Shown piece by piece: positions 36,300 through 49,200 of a DNA stretch of 64,000 nucleotides. A program made the translations under genes and the position numbers. The notes beneath the pieces are model-generated. The model saw only the letters and a program-made list of their open reading frames with translations. It was not told the DNA's origin and searched no databases. Source of the DNA: a virus. Location: IMG/VR virus record IMGVR_UViG_3300025828_000014; one strand, 5' to 3'. Position 1 is the stretch's first letter; each line of letters starts with the position of its first letter.

Positions 36300-36740
36300 A
36301 TGAGCACGTTAGAAAAGAATCTATATAAAAATTTAAAAATAACAACACCTAAATCTAGTAATAATGTTTTGGTTGACAAAAGTTATAAAGGACTTAGCAC
36401 AGTTTCTTCTAACGAAAAAACGTTTCAACTGCGTAATTTAGATTTAATCAAGCAAGATATTTTAAATCACTTTCACATTAAAGTAGGCGAGCGTTTGGAA
36501 AATCCAAGATTTGGTTGTATAATTTGGGATGTTTTATTTGAACCTCTTACTGAACCAATAAAACGTGCTGTATTGGATAATGTAACACAAATATTGAATT
36601 ATGATCCAAGAGTGCAAGCCGAAAATATTATTGTTGATGCGTATGAATCAGGTATTCAAGTTTATGCAGACTTGACCTATTTAGATTATAATATAAGTGA
36701 ACGTTTAACACTTCGTTTTGATAACGAAAACCAGCTTTAG
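36300..36740 (+). CDS. gp25: Baseplate wedge gp25-like
   Basis: LIKQDILNHF..GERLENPRFG.IWDVLFEP, YDPRV; TAAATA at 36290-36295. Confidence 0.9.
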   Translation: MSTLEKNLYKNLKITTPKSSNNVLVDKSYKGLSTVSSNEKTFQLRNLDLIKQDILNHFHIKVGERLENPRFGCIIWDVLFEPLTEPIKRAVLDNVTQILNYDPRVQAENIIVDAYESGIQVYADLTYLDYNISERLTLRFDNENQL

Positions 36741-36797
36741 TTTTAATGTGCGTAGTTTATAAATCTCATAAATATTACATTAGCTAAGGAAAAAGAC

Positions 36798-39700
36798 ATG
36801 TCATCTACAGATAGGCAAAACCGATTATTATTAGCCGAAGATTGGCAAAAAATTTATCAAAGTTTCAAATACGCAGATTTCAAAAGCTATGATTTTGACA
36901 ATCTACGTAGAACAATGATCAATTATATTAGACAAAATTATCCAGAAGATTTTAATGATTATATTGAAAGTTCTGAATACCTATCTTTGATTGATTTAAT
37001 TGCATTCCTTGGCCAAAATATTAGCTTTAGGGTTGATCTAAATGCTAGAGAAAATTTTATTGAATTAGCAGAGCGTAGAGAAAGTGTTTTAAGATTAGCA
37101 AGACTTATTAGTTATAATGTAACAAGAAATCAAACTGCCAACGGATTACTCAAAATAGACAGCGTGACGACAACAGAAAATATTGTTGACACAACAGGAA
37201 CCAACATTTCGGGTAAGTCTGTAAAATGGAATGATCAAACAAATAGTAATTGGTATGAACAATTTATTAAAATTATGAATGCAGCAATGCTTGATCAAAA
37301 TCAGTTTGGTTCTCCTCGTAAGTCTGACATTGTCAATGGTATTCCAACAGAAAAATATAAACTTAATAATTTACAATCTGCATTTCCAGTGTTCAGTTTT
37401 AACAAAGTTATTAACGGCACAAATTTAGATTTTGAAGTTGTTGGTGCTGATATCGACAATGGTGAAATAATTGAAGAAGCGCCGTTGACAGGAAACAAAT
37501 TCAGTTTGTTATATAGAGACAACGGCCAAGGCGCAGGTAGTTCCAACACAGGATTTTTCCTACACTTTAGACAAGGAACACTACAACGAGGTGACTTTTC
37601 GGTAAGTTTACCCACACCTAATCAAAATGTAGAAATAGATGCAACAAATGTAAACAACAGTGACGTATGGTTATACAGTTTAAATTCACAAGGAGTTGAG
37701 GAAACTGCTTGGACAAAAGTTGATGCTGTTGAAGGTAATAATGTAATTTATAATAGCATTGCAAAAAATATAAAAAATATTTTCAGTGTGTTAACTAGAA
37801 CAAATGATAGAATTAGTTTAATTTTTAGCGATGGTGTTTTTGGTAATTTACCTAAAGGCAATTTTAGAGCTTACTATAGAACAAGTGCAAATTTAGATTA
37901 TACTATTTTTGCAAATAATATACAAAATATCAAAGTCAGTATTCCATATACTTCTGGTATTGGACGCAACGAAACTTTATCAATAGTTTGCAGCCTAAAG
38001 CAACCAGTTACCAATGGCGCAAGCACAGAATCAACAGATAGTATACGTGACAATGCACCTAGCACATACTACACTCAAAACAGATTAATCACAGGTGAGG
38101 ATTATAACCTAGGTCCGTTGGGTGTAAGTCAAGATATTATCAAAGCAAAAGCAGTAAACAGAACCAGCAGTGGTATTAATAGATATTATGATTTAAGAGA
38201 TAGCACAGGAAAATACAGCACTACAAATATGTTTGGAACCGACGGAGTTATTTACAAAGATTATAAAACAGAAAAAACAAATTTTAGTTTTGTTACAAAA
38301 ACTGATATTGAAGGTGTAATAAACAACACTGTTACTAATCTACTCGAAGATAACAATTTGCGCAATTATTATTATGATAAGTTTACAGATCAAGATTATA
38401 GTGATTTAAGCGTAGTTTGGCAACAAACTACAAAGGATACAAATAGAAGCACTGGATTTATTGTTGATAGTTCAAATGCAAGCGATACATCAGCATTCAA
38501 GTATACTGTTTCCAGCTTTACAGAAGGTGTATTTAGATATTTAGAACCAGGAGCGTTGGTCAAATTTACTGCGCCAACAGGCCAGCATTTTATGCCTGAT
38601 GGAACATTGATGTTAGGAGCAGCAGATCACGCAGGATCTAGTAGTTACAAATGGGTAAAAGTAGTTGCTGTGAATAACGGCGGTAATGAACTGTCTGCAT
38701 CAGGTCTAGGTGGTATTACATTTAATGATATTATTCCTACAGGAGCAATTTTAAATAAAATCAAACCAAAGTTTGTTAGAGATTTAATTGATGATGTAAA
38801 AAGTGTTTTAGTAGATCAAATATTTGCATACAGAACTGTTGCGCTAAGATACAACACAAGCACAAGACGTTGGGCAGTAGTGACACAAGAAAATGTTAAT
38901 ACTACTCAAGAATGGAGTAGTGGGTTAACTGGTGACATTACACAGCAAAATTTAGATAGAAGTTGGCTTGTTTTATTTGAAACCAACGGAGTTGAATACA
39001 CAATCACATCGAGGACATTACGATATGTGTTTGAAAGCGACAAGGAAGTAAGATTCTTTTATGATTCTACTAAAAAGATTTACGATAGTAAAACAGGTGA
39101 AATTGTAAGAGACAAAATAAGCATTTTAAATATTAACAAGAATCTTGCCAGCACAGGTCAATTAACACCGTTCACAGTCGATTATGATTGGGCAGTAAGT
39201 GCTGAATACAGAGACGGTATTGGATACGTAAACAGTAAAAAAGTTGAAGTTGTATTTTTTGATAATGACGACGACGGTGTAGTAGACAATCCTCAAATAT
39301 TTGAAGATATCACTGCTAACAATAATTCGTCACAATCTAAATATGTTTTTGTTAAAAAATCTACAAACGATAATGAGTTTTACTATTATGTAGATGCAGC
39401 CGCAGAAAACATTAGAGTAGTAACAAGTGAAGTAGAAGCAACAGTTACAACACCAGGAGATCCTATTTTTTATGTGTCTTCAACAAACGTTTTTTACAAG
39501 GTCAACAGCACAGCAAGAACAAGACAATTGATTTTTAACTATAAAGGTTACTTGGGTAGAGCAGGATTGAAATTTCAATATTTACATGCAAGCGATGAAA
39601 ACAATAGAATTGATCCAAGTAGTAGCAATATAATGGATACATATTTGTTAACAAAACAATATGATACAAGTTATAGACAGTATCTTGCTGGAGCATTTGC

Positions 39701-40286
39701 TGCCGAGCCATTACCAATGAGTAGTGATCAGTTATTTAGAACTTATGGCGGCGAAATAAACAAAATAAAAAGTATAAGTGATGAAATTGTTTATCATCCA
39801 GTAAAGTTTAAAGTTTTGTTTGGTTCAAAAGCAAATCCAAGTCTGCAAGCAACTTTAAAAGTTGTAAAAAACACAGACAGAGTAGTTAACGATCAAGATG
39901 TAAAAAGTAAAATTATCGAAGCAATAGAAGAATTTTTTGCTTTAGAAAATTGGAATTTTGGAGAAACATTTTACTGGAGTGAGCTTAGTGCATATATTAT
40001 GCAGTCGTTAGCACCTGATTTACACAGTATTGTTTTAGTTCCAAACAGTGCTACAGATAGCTTTGGAAGTTTATTTGAAGTAAAGTCTGAAAATGATGAA
40101 ATATTTATAAGTGGTGCAACAGTAGATAATGTTGAAATAATTACAGCAATTACAGCAGAACGCCTAAAAGCAAGTGGAGCAATTGTAACATCTGTTAACG
40201 ATACAAGTCAAGCGGTATCTAGTTCATCAGAAACAGTTGTGACTACAACAAGTAGTAGTTCTAATAGCGGAGGAAGCAGTTACTAA
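36798..40286 (+). CDS. gp6: Baseplate wedge gp6-like
   Basis: DFDNLR..MINY, FNDYIESS, AERRESVLRLARLISY, FSDGVFGNLP, QNRLITGEDY; TAAATA at 36769-36774. Confidence 0.88.
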   Translation: MSSTDRQNRLLLAEDWQKIYQSFKYADFKSYDFDNLRRTMINYIRQNYPEDFNDYIESSEYLSLIDLIAFLGQNISFRVDLNARENFIELAERRESVLRLARLISYNVTRNQTANGLLKIDSVTTTENIVDTTGTNISGKSVKWNDQTNSNWYEQFIKIMNAAMLDQNQFGSPRKSDIVNGIPTEKYKLNNLQSAFPVFSFNKVINGTNLDFEVVGADIDNGEIIEEAPLTGNKFSLLYRDNGQGAGSSNTGFFLHFRQGTLQRGDFSVSLPTPNQNVEIDATNVNNSDVWLYSLNSQGVEETAWTKVDAVEGNNVIYNSIAKNIKNIFSVLTRTNDRISLIFSDGVFGNLPKGNFRAYYRTSANLDYTIFANNIQNIKVSIPYTSGIGRNETLSIVCSLKQPVTNGASTESTDSIRDNAPSTYYTQNRLITGEDYNLGPLGVSQDIIKAKAVNRTSSGINRYYDLRDSTGKYSTTNMFGTDGVIYKDYKTEKTNFSFVTKTDIEGVINNTVTNLLEDNNLRNYYYDKFTDQDYSDLSVVWQQTTKDTNRSTGFIVDSSNASDTSAFKYTVSSFTEGVFRYLEPGALVKFTAPTGQHFMPDGTLMLGAADHAGSSSYKWVKVVAVNNGGNELSASGLGGITFNDIIPTGAILNKIKPKFVRDLIDDVKSVLVDQIFAYRTVALRYNTSTRRWAVVTQENVNTTQEWSSGLTGDITQQNLDRSWLVLFETNGVEYTITSRTLRYVFESDKEVRFFYDSTKKIYDSKTGEIVRDKISILNINKNLASTGQLTPFTVDYDWAVSAEYRDGIGYVNSKKVEVVFFDNDDDGVVDNPQIFEDITANNNSSQSKYVFVKKSTNDNEFYYYVDAAAENIRVVTSEVEATVTTPGDPIFYVSSTNVFYKVNSTARTRQLIFNYKGYLGRAGLKFQYLHASDENNRIDPSSSNIMDTYLLTKQYDTSYRQYLAGAFAAEPLPMSSDQLFRTYGGEINKIKSISDEIVYHPVKFKVLFGSKANPSLQATLKVVKNTDRVVNDQDVKSKIIEAIEEFFALENWNFGETFYWSELSAYIMQSLAPDLHSIVLVPNSATDSFGSLFEVKSENDEIFISGATVDNVEIITAITAERLKASGAIVTSVNDTSQAVSSSSETVVTTTSSSSNSGGSSY

Positions 40287-43200
40287 TGGAAAGTATTGAT
40301 TATCCATTGCCAATTGGCGATTCAGACAGATCAGCTAAAAACTTGTTACCAAGGTATTTTAGAACAGATACAAACAATAAGTTTGTTCAGTCAACCATTG
40401 ATTCAATGATTTCTGAAGGTGTAATCGAAAAATTAGATGCATATGTAGGAAGAAGAAATTCTCCTACAGCAAAGGTTACAGATACTTTTTTACCTGATGT
40501 ATCTACAGATAGAGAAAACTATCAGTTTGAATCTAGTATTGTAAGTAAAGATGATTTAGGTAATGTTAATTTTTATGCTTCATATACAGATCTATTAGGT
40601 GTTATAAAAACATATAAAGGTAGTGTGAACAATCACAGTGTGCTAAATTCACAAACAAGTTATAGTTGGAATCCGCACATTGATTTTGATAAGTTTACAA
40701 ATTTTAGAGAATATTATTGGCTGCCACTTGGTCCAATTCCGGTTGCTGTTAGTGGATCTCAACGAGGTATAACCAGTGTTTACAATGTTGAGTTGGGAAC
40801 CGACGATCAAACACAAAGCTATGTTTTTTCTCCAGATGGAATAACAAAAAATCCAACATTAAAATTATATAAAGGTCAAACTTATAAATTTGATATTAAC
40901 ACTCCAGGTGAACCTATTTCTTTTGTAACAAATATTGCATATCAAGATAATGATCCTCTTTTAGAAATTGATGCAGAAAATATCAGCACAATTTACAATA
41001 CAAATATCAAAAGATACAAAAGAAATCAAGACGGTGCATACATTGAAACAGACGATGTATGGATTGAAAACGGCCGTATTGAATTTACTCCAGACGATAC
41101 AGTTCCACCACTTTTATATTATGCAAGTAAAAACAATGCAAATATGAATGGATTGCTTAACTTTTATAACATAAATGAAAATTCTCAAATTAATGTAGAA
41201 GATGAAATTATAGGTAAAAAATCATATCAATCTCCAATTGGTGGAAATTTATCAAATGGTCAGCGTATCTTTTTTGTAGGCGAGGTAACTCCAAAAAAAT
41301 ATGCAACAGGAAATTATTTTGTTGAAGGAGTTGGGTCTTCTATTAGATTGATACCAGAAACAGAATTAGAAATTCCAGTTCCTTTTACAACAGTAAAAAA
41401 TGTTCCATTTGATGGCGAGGAATTTGGCTTTGACGAATATCCTTATGAAGATGCTGCTGCTTTTGTTGCACAAAAAGATTATATCACAATCAACAGAGGT
41501 AGTCCAGATAAAAACCCGTGGTCAAGATATAACAGATGGTTCCATAGGGATGTTATTGTAGAAAGTTATAACCAAGCAGGGTTACCTGTAGAAATTGACG
41601 AGGAAGCTAGAGCCAAGCGTCCAATTATTGAGTATACATCTGGTTTAAAATTATATAATCATGGTGCTGTTGCAAAAGATAATGTTGATCTAATAGATAC
41701 GTTTACAACTGATGTTTTTAGCACTATTGAAGGAAAAGGTGGATACATTATTGATGGTGTTGAAGTCACAGATGGCATGAGATTATTGTTCACAGCTGAC
41801 AAAGACATACTTGTTGCAGGAAAAATTTATAAAGTAAAATTTATTAACTTTGGAACAGGCACAATAAAAAATAGACAAATAACTTTAATTGAAGAAGCAG
41901 ATACTATTCCAAACGAAGGCGATACTGTATTAGTTTCTCAAGGTAATGTTAATGCTGGAAAGATGTTCCATTATGCAAATAACAAATGGAATAAAGCTCA
42001 AGAAAAAACATCTGTAAATCAACAACCTCATTTTGATTTATTTGATTCAAATGCATATAGTTATGGCGATACTACACAGTATGTAGGAACAAGTTTTATA
42101 GGGACAAAACTTTTTTCTTATGCAAAAGGAAGCGGCTCTAACGATGTAGAACTTGGATTTCCGTTGAAATACCAAAGTATTAACAATTTTGGTGATATTG
42201 TTTTTGATTTTAATTATCACACCGATAAATTTACCTATCAAGACAGTTCTCAAAATATTGTAGAAAAAAATACTTCAAGTGGTTTCTTCAAAATCTTTAA
42301 CCAAGACGGCAGTTATAAATGGAAAAGCGTCTGGGAAAAAACATATTTTAAATCAAGACAACCTGTTATTAGACAATATAACGGACAATTAAATAATTTT
42401 CCTGTAGATGTATTTGATAATAGTCATTTACTCGATGATCTAGTGGTTAGAGTTTTTGTCAACAACAAAAAGAAAATTGAAGGTGTTGATTACACATTAG
42501 ATAACACTGTAAAATACAAACAAGTAAGATTTTTTAATAATTTAGATAGTGAAAGTATTGTAGTTTTAAAATGTTATAGTTCTGCAAACAAAAACGTTAA
42601 TGGATATTATGAAATACCAAAGAATTTGGAAAGCAATCCACAAAATGAAAATCTTACAACATTTACACTCGGTGAAGTAAACAAACATGTTAACAGTATT
42701 GTTGAAAATTATCATCCAGTAGCACAAGGTAGTATACCTGGAAATACAAACCTAAGAGATTTACCAAACATTACTCAATACGGAACGCAGTTTATGAAAC
42801 ACAGCGGACCTGTAAATTTAGCAGCATATCATTTGGTAGATAAGGATGCAAACATAATTAAATCTATTCAATTTGCTATGAAAGAATACAGCAGATTTAA
42901 AAGTAGCTTTCTTTTTACAGCAAACCAAACTGGATTTCATGGAGATACCAAAAAACATGTTGACTTGATAATGAATACTTTGAACAAAGACAAAACATCA
43001 AGTATGCCGTTTTTTGCATCTGATATGATTCCGATGAATGCAACTACAGAAACGATTCATGAAATAGAATATGACGAAACAGCATATTTGCCTACAAGTT
43101 TTACAAACTTTGATTTGAAAACTCTCAGCAACAAAGCAGTTTTAGTTTATGTTAACGGCGAACAAAAATATCAAGGTGTAGATTACGATTTTGAAAATGG

Positions 43201-46200
43201 ATTTATAAAATACTATAATCCAACAATAGGACAAGACATAGTTGTATATGAATATGAAAACACAAACGGGTGCTATGTTCCACCTACACCAACTAAATTA
43301 GGTTTGTATCCGTTATACAAACCAGAGTTCCAAACAATTACAGGTGCTAATGGAAATGTTGATGTTATTGTTGGACATGATGGAAGTTATACTGTAAGAT
43401 TTGATGATTATAGAGATGAACTATTATTAGATCTTGAAAAAAGAATTTACAACAATATTAAAACATCTTATAACACTGAATATTTAGATATTCATGATTT
43501 TATAGGTGGATTTAATAGAAAGACAGGTGTTAGTAGAGAAACAATTGATAGCCTTATTCTTGAAGATTTTAGTTCATGGTTAAGCACAGCTGGAAATCCA
43601 AATTATACTGAAAATACAAATTGGAGCGGCGAAAATAGTTTTACATTTAATTATAGAAGCATGTCAGATGCAGATGGCAATAGATTACCAGGTGGGTGGC
43701 GTGCAATCTTTAAACAGTTCTATGATACAGACCGTCCGCATACACATCCTTGGGAAATGCTAGGTTTTTCAATTGAGCCTACATGGTGGCAAGATGTTTA
43801 TGGTCCTGCGCCATACACTCTAAGTAATACAGTGCTATGGCAAGATTTACGTGACGGTTTTGTAAAAGAACCTGGCAAATCTGTAAAGACATTAGACAAG
43901 TATAAACGTCCAAATTTATTGTCTATTATTCCTACTGACGAAAATGGAAATTTACGTTCACCTTTGGATAGCGGAATAGCACAAGGATTTTATCTACCTT
44001 CTACAAGCGAGCCTTTTGTTTACGGAGATCAAGGACCAACCGAAAGTGCATTTAGAAATAGCAGTGATTATAGATTTGCTATACTAAAGGCTTGGATTGT
44101 AAGTAAGCCATGTGAAGTTTTTGGATTAGGTTTTGATAGAAGTAGAATTATCAAAGATATGGCAGGCAATTTTGTTTACAATGAAACTGGACAAGCTATT
44201 ACAACAAAAGATATAATTTTTCCCACACTCACTGGCAATGAATCAAAACAACATTTTACTGCTGGTTTAATAAATTACATAGCAAATTATGTGAAATGGG
44301 CAGTGTCATCTAGTTATGATTCTTATCAGTCAGATTTAAAAAGGCTAGACAATCAATTAAGCATAAAATTAGCCGGCTTTGCTGAAAAAAATAAATTGAA
44401 ATTGTTACTTGACAGCAGAAGTCCGTTGAATAAAACCAGCGTATTTGTTCCAGAAGAAAATTATCAAATATTTTTAAATACTTCTTCAGTTCAACAAGTT
44501 GCAACACTTAGTGGCATTTTGATTACAGTGAGCGATAGTGGATATATTATAGAAGGTTATGACAATCAAAATCCTTCATTTACAATTTATCCTTATATAG
44601 AAACACAAAGTGATAGTGCTATTAATGTTGGAGGAATTAGTGAAAAATTCTTAAACTGGAGCGAGTCTAATACATACACAATTGGCACAGTTGTAAAATA
44701 CAACAATGAATTTTATAGAGCAAAAGTTTCTCATGTAAGCTCTAATGAATTTGAAAATAAAAATTTTACTAAGTTAGCAGAGCTTCCTGTTCAAGGAGGT
44801 AAAACCGGCGTTATTAGAAGAAGATTCAACAAAACTGCTACAAGTGTTCCTTACGGACAGATTTACAAAACAGAACAAGACGTTGTAGACTTCCTGTTAG
44901 GGTATGAAGCATACTTAAAAGACGACGGTTGGAACTTTGAAAACATTAATCCTGAAAGTGGGCAAGTAGAAGACATGCTGCTACTAATAAAAGAGTTTTT
45001 ATTCTTTACCACACAAAACTGGGACAATGATACAGTATTAGCCATTAGTCCTGCTGCTAACAGAGTTACATTTTCAAAAAACAATTTTACTATTGATAAT
45101 GTATATGATAATTTTTACGATGTATCTATATTAGACGGAAACGGCAATGCAATAGACAGTAGTTTAACAAATATTTTTAGAGACAAAGATACAAAATTTA
45201 CAATTAATCCTGTTGGCACACCGGAAGGTATATTCTTAATTAAATTACCATTAGTGCAAAAAGAACATGTGGTATTGATTGATAATCAAACAGTATTCAA
45301 TGATGTTATTTTTGATAAAGCAGCTGGCTTTAGACAAGAACGTATCAAACTTGTAGGGTATAGAACAGATAATTGGACTGGTAGTTTGAGTATACCAGGA
45401 TTTTTTTATGATGAAGCAAAAATTGTTGATTGGCGAGAAAACACAGATTATCGTATAGGCGATGTAGTAAAATACAAAGAATTTTATTATAGTGCATTTG
45501 GAAATCATAGTTCTAAACAAACATTTGACAATACAAAATGGCGTAGACTATCTGAAAAACCTGTATCGCAAATTTATCCAAACTGGGATTATAAAGTTAA
45601 TCAGTTTGCAGATTTTTATGATTTAGATACAGATAATTTTGACACAGAACAACAACGTTTAGCACAGCATTTAATTGGCTATCAAAAACGTCAATATTTA
45701 GAAAATATTATTACCGATAATGTGAGCCAATATAAATTTTATCAAGGATTTATACAAGAAAAAGGCACAAATAATGCTATGACCAAGTTGTTTGATGCTT
45801 TAGGTTCTTCTAATAAAGACAGTGTTGAGCTATATGAAGAATGGGCAATTAGAGCTGGACAATACGGAGCAATTGATAATATTCAAGAAATTGAATACAA
45901 ACTTGACGAAAGCAAATACAGAATTGAACCGCAGTTATTTGAACTTAATAACAATATTACAATTGGCAGAACTGACTTAGTTTATGAAATTGCTAAAAAT
46001 CAAGTTTTCAAATCGCCAGAAGATTACGATCATACATTAACAAGTGTAATATCTAATACGGATACATTTACAAAAAATTCAGGATATGTTAGGTCAGAGG
46101 ATGTAGAATTTATTGTAACATCTAAAGATTCTATTTTGAATATAGATATTGACAACTTAGAAATTGGCAAACACATTTGGGTAACTACTGACAAACAATC

Positions 46201-49200
46201 TTGGACAGTTTTAAAGCACAGTCAAAGTGATTTAGAAATACTAGGATTTACAAATTTAACACTTGCGTCGAGTAATTCTGGTGTAAAAATAAATTGCGAT
46301 AGACAAGTTGACGATATTGCTGTTGACGATATTATAGGAATATTTTCTAGTATTCCAAATTTAAAAGGATTTTACAAAGTAACAGAAGTATTAGGCAGTG
46401 ACATTACATTTGATTTAGGATCAAGTGAAATTGAAATTTCTTTTGAAGATCCTGATGATAGTTTTTCAGCAGCCGGCGGCGCAAGTTTAAGTAGATTTGT
46501 AACAAGAAGATTTGCTGACTTTGAAACACTAAATTTAAATATTGAAGATATACAAAAAGATGCAGCTGACAGACTTTGGGTAGACGATAACGGACAAGGT
46601 ATTTTCAGTGTATACGAAAATAACAGTGTAATTAGTTTACAACAAGAATATGCAAATTTAGATTCACAGCTTAACCGTGTAGCGGAATCATATGACATTA
46701 ACTTTGGAAACACAACACTTGTTAGAGGTGACAGCACCGACACGTCATCTACAAGAATAGGCAAAGTATCTTTACTGATTAGAAATGCAGAAAGTTTTAC
46801 ATATTCTGCAGGAGCAATTTTTGAACCAGAACAAGAAGCTGACATAAATTCTGGATACGGTGCAAGTGTTGCAATTTCACCAGATAGTAAATTTATTGCA
46901 GTTGGTGCACCACGAGCTGATAATGCGTTAACACAATTTAAAGGCACTTATGATCCAACTGAAGCATACGACCAAGGTGATATAGTAGTTGACAGAGGCA
47001 CACTATGGAGAGCCAAACAAGCTGTAAGCAACTGGCATGACAGTTATAGCGATAGTAGCACTATTTCTGATAGCGACAGTAATGATTGGGAACCAGCATA
47101 TTATATTCCTGCTGGTGTAGGAAATTCATCAGGATTGAGTAATCAAGGTATTGTTCATATTTACAAGTTTGATGATTCTACAAGAGAGTATACCTTAGAC
47201 ATAGTTATGTGTAGTCCTGATCCAAATGCAGAAGAACAATTTGGTTATCAAGTAGAATTAAGAAAAAATATAAATGGTATACATCAATTGTATGTTAGTG
47301 CTCCTGGTATTGACGTAGGTCGTGTTTATTTCTTTGAATTTGACGACGAATGGAAGTGGACGAGAAATAGAAGCTACAAAGGTGTGTTTGATGTAAATGA
47401 AAAATATAGAGAAAACGATATAGTTTTCTACCAAGGTGCATTGTATCAAGCACTTGTTGAAAGAATTCCTCTAACAACTCCTGTTAATGATAAATTACCT
47501 ACAGATACAAATAGTTGGATTGCAGCACAAGATATAGAACACACCGGATATATTCCTAATAGATACCAAGAATTAGACGGTGACTCTGATACAGGCGAAT
47601 CAAATTTTGGCATTAAATTTGACGTAAATGACAATGGAGATAAAATTGTTGTTGAGTCTGATGTAAGTAGTGTTAGAACTCTTAGTGTTTATAACAAACC
47701 AGTCGATAGATGGAAATATATACAAGAAATAAAAGCAGATACTACAAAAAGAGAAAGCTGGGGTGTAGACTTTGCTATCAATGACGACGGTGATCGTATT
47801 GCTGTAGCAGCACCATACAACGATGATATATCAAATGATGCTGGCACAGTATACCTGTATAAGCAGCAGTCAGATGATTTGTATACTCTGTCGCAAAATG
47901 TTAGAAGTCCTTATAAAGATAAAAATGAAGCATTCGGAAGTGCAGTTGATTTTAGCGGTAATAAACTTGCAATTTGTGGTAAAAACAGTGATTTAGTTGA
48001 AGTTACAGGTTTTGATAACAATCAATTAAAACTTGACAATGGTAACACAAGAATATCAAAAACTATACAAGATACAGGCAGAATTGTAGTATTCCAACTA
48101 ATCAACAACACCTACGTTTACGGAGAAGATATAGCATATAAAAGAGATACATCCAATCATGTGCTTGACGATTTTAAATTTAATCAAAATCATTTGTATT
48201 TGAATATGCCAACTATTACTGCCCTTGAAGCAGACAATCCAGCCACAGGAAATTCTAAATATGTAAATAGTGTTAACCAAGGATTGTTAGCTGATTTTAG
48301 TTTTACTAAAGGAAAAGATAGCTGGACTATTTTAACAAGTCAAGTTTCAAAACCAAAAATACAAGAACTACAACAGGTATTTTTGTATAGCGATGACAAA
48401 AAAGATATTATACAACGTTTAGATGTTATAGATCCAAGACAAGGAAAAATTGCAGGTCCAGCAGAACAAGAAATTACATTTAAAACTTGGTATGATCCAG
48501 CAGTATATTCTTTTAGCACAGGCGAACAAGATGTTACAGTAGATGCATATTCAAACTGGACAGATAGATATGTTGGAAAACTATGGTGGGATATTAGCAA
48601 AGCAAGTTGGTTTGATCCTTATCAAGGTAACAGCAATTATAGAGCAGGTGTGTTCCATAAATTATTGCCTAACGCACAAATACAAGTTTGTGAATGGGTA
48701 TCGTCAGATTTACTTCCAAGTGAATGGGACGACTTAGCTGGCACAACTGAAGGTTATGCAAGAGGTGTAACTGGCACTACTCTATACGGTAGCGAAGTGT
48801 TTAGTAGCAAGCAAGTTTATGATGCTATTAGAAAAAGATTTATAACAAAATATTTTTACTGGGTAAGAAATACGCAAATTGTTCCTAATGTTCCAGGGCG
48901 TATTTTAAGTTGTGAATCGGTAACTAACTTAATCAGAGATCCTGCCTCAACAGGTTATAGATTTATTAGTATACTAGAAAATAACAAATTTGCAATGTAT
49001 AACACTGCAAGTTTAATTGAAGGTCGAAATACAATACTACATTTTAGAAAAGAAAAAGATGTAGATTTGAATGTGCCTATACATTACGAGTATAATTTAT
49101 TAACAGAAGGTTTAGATGTTTCTATGCCAAGCAAAGACATAGAACAAAAATGGATTGATAGTTTAATTGGATATGATAACATAGGCAACTCAGTTCCAGA

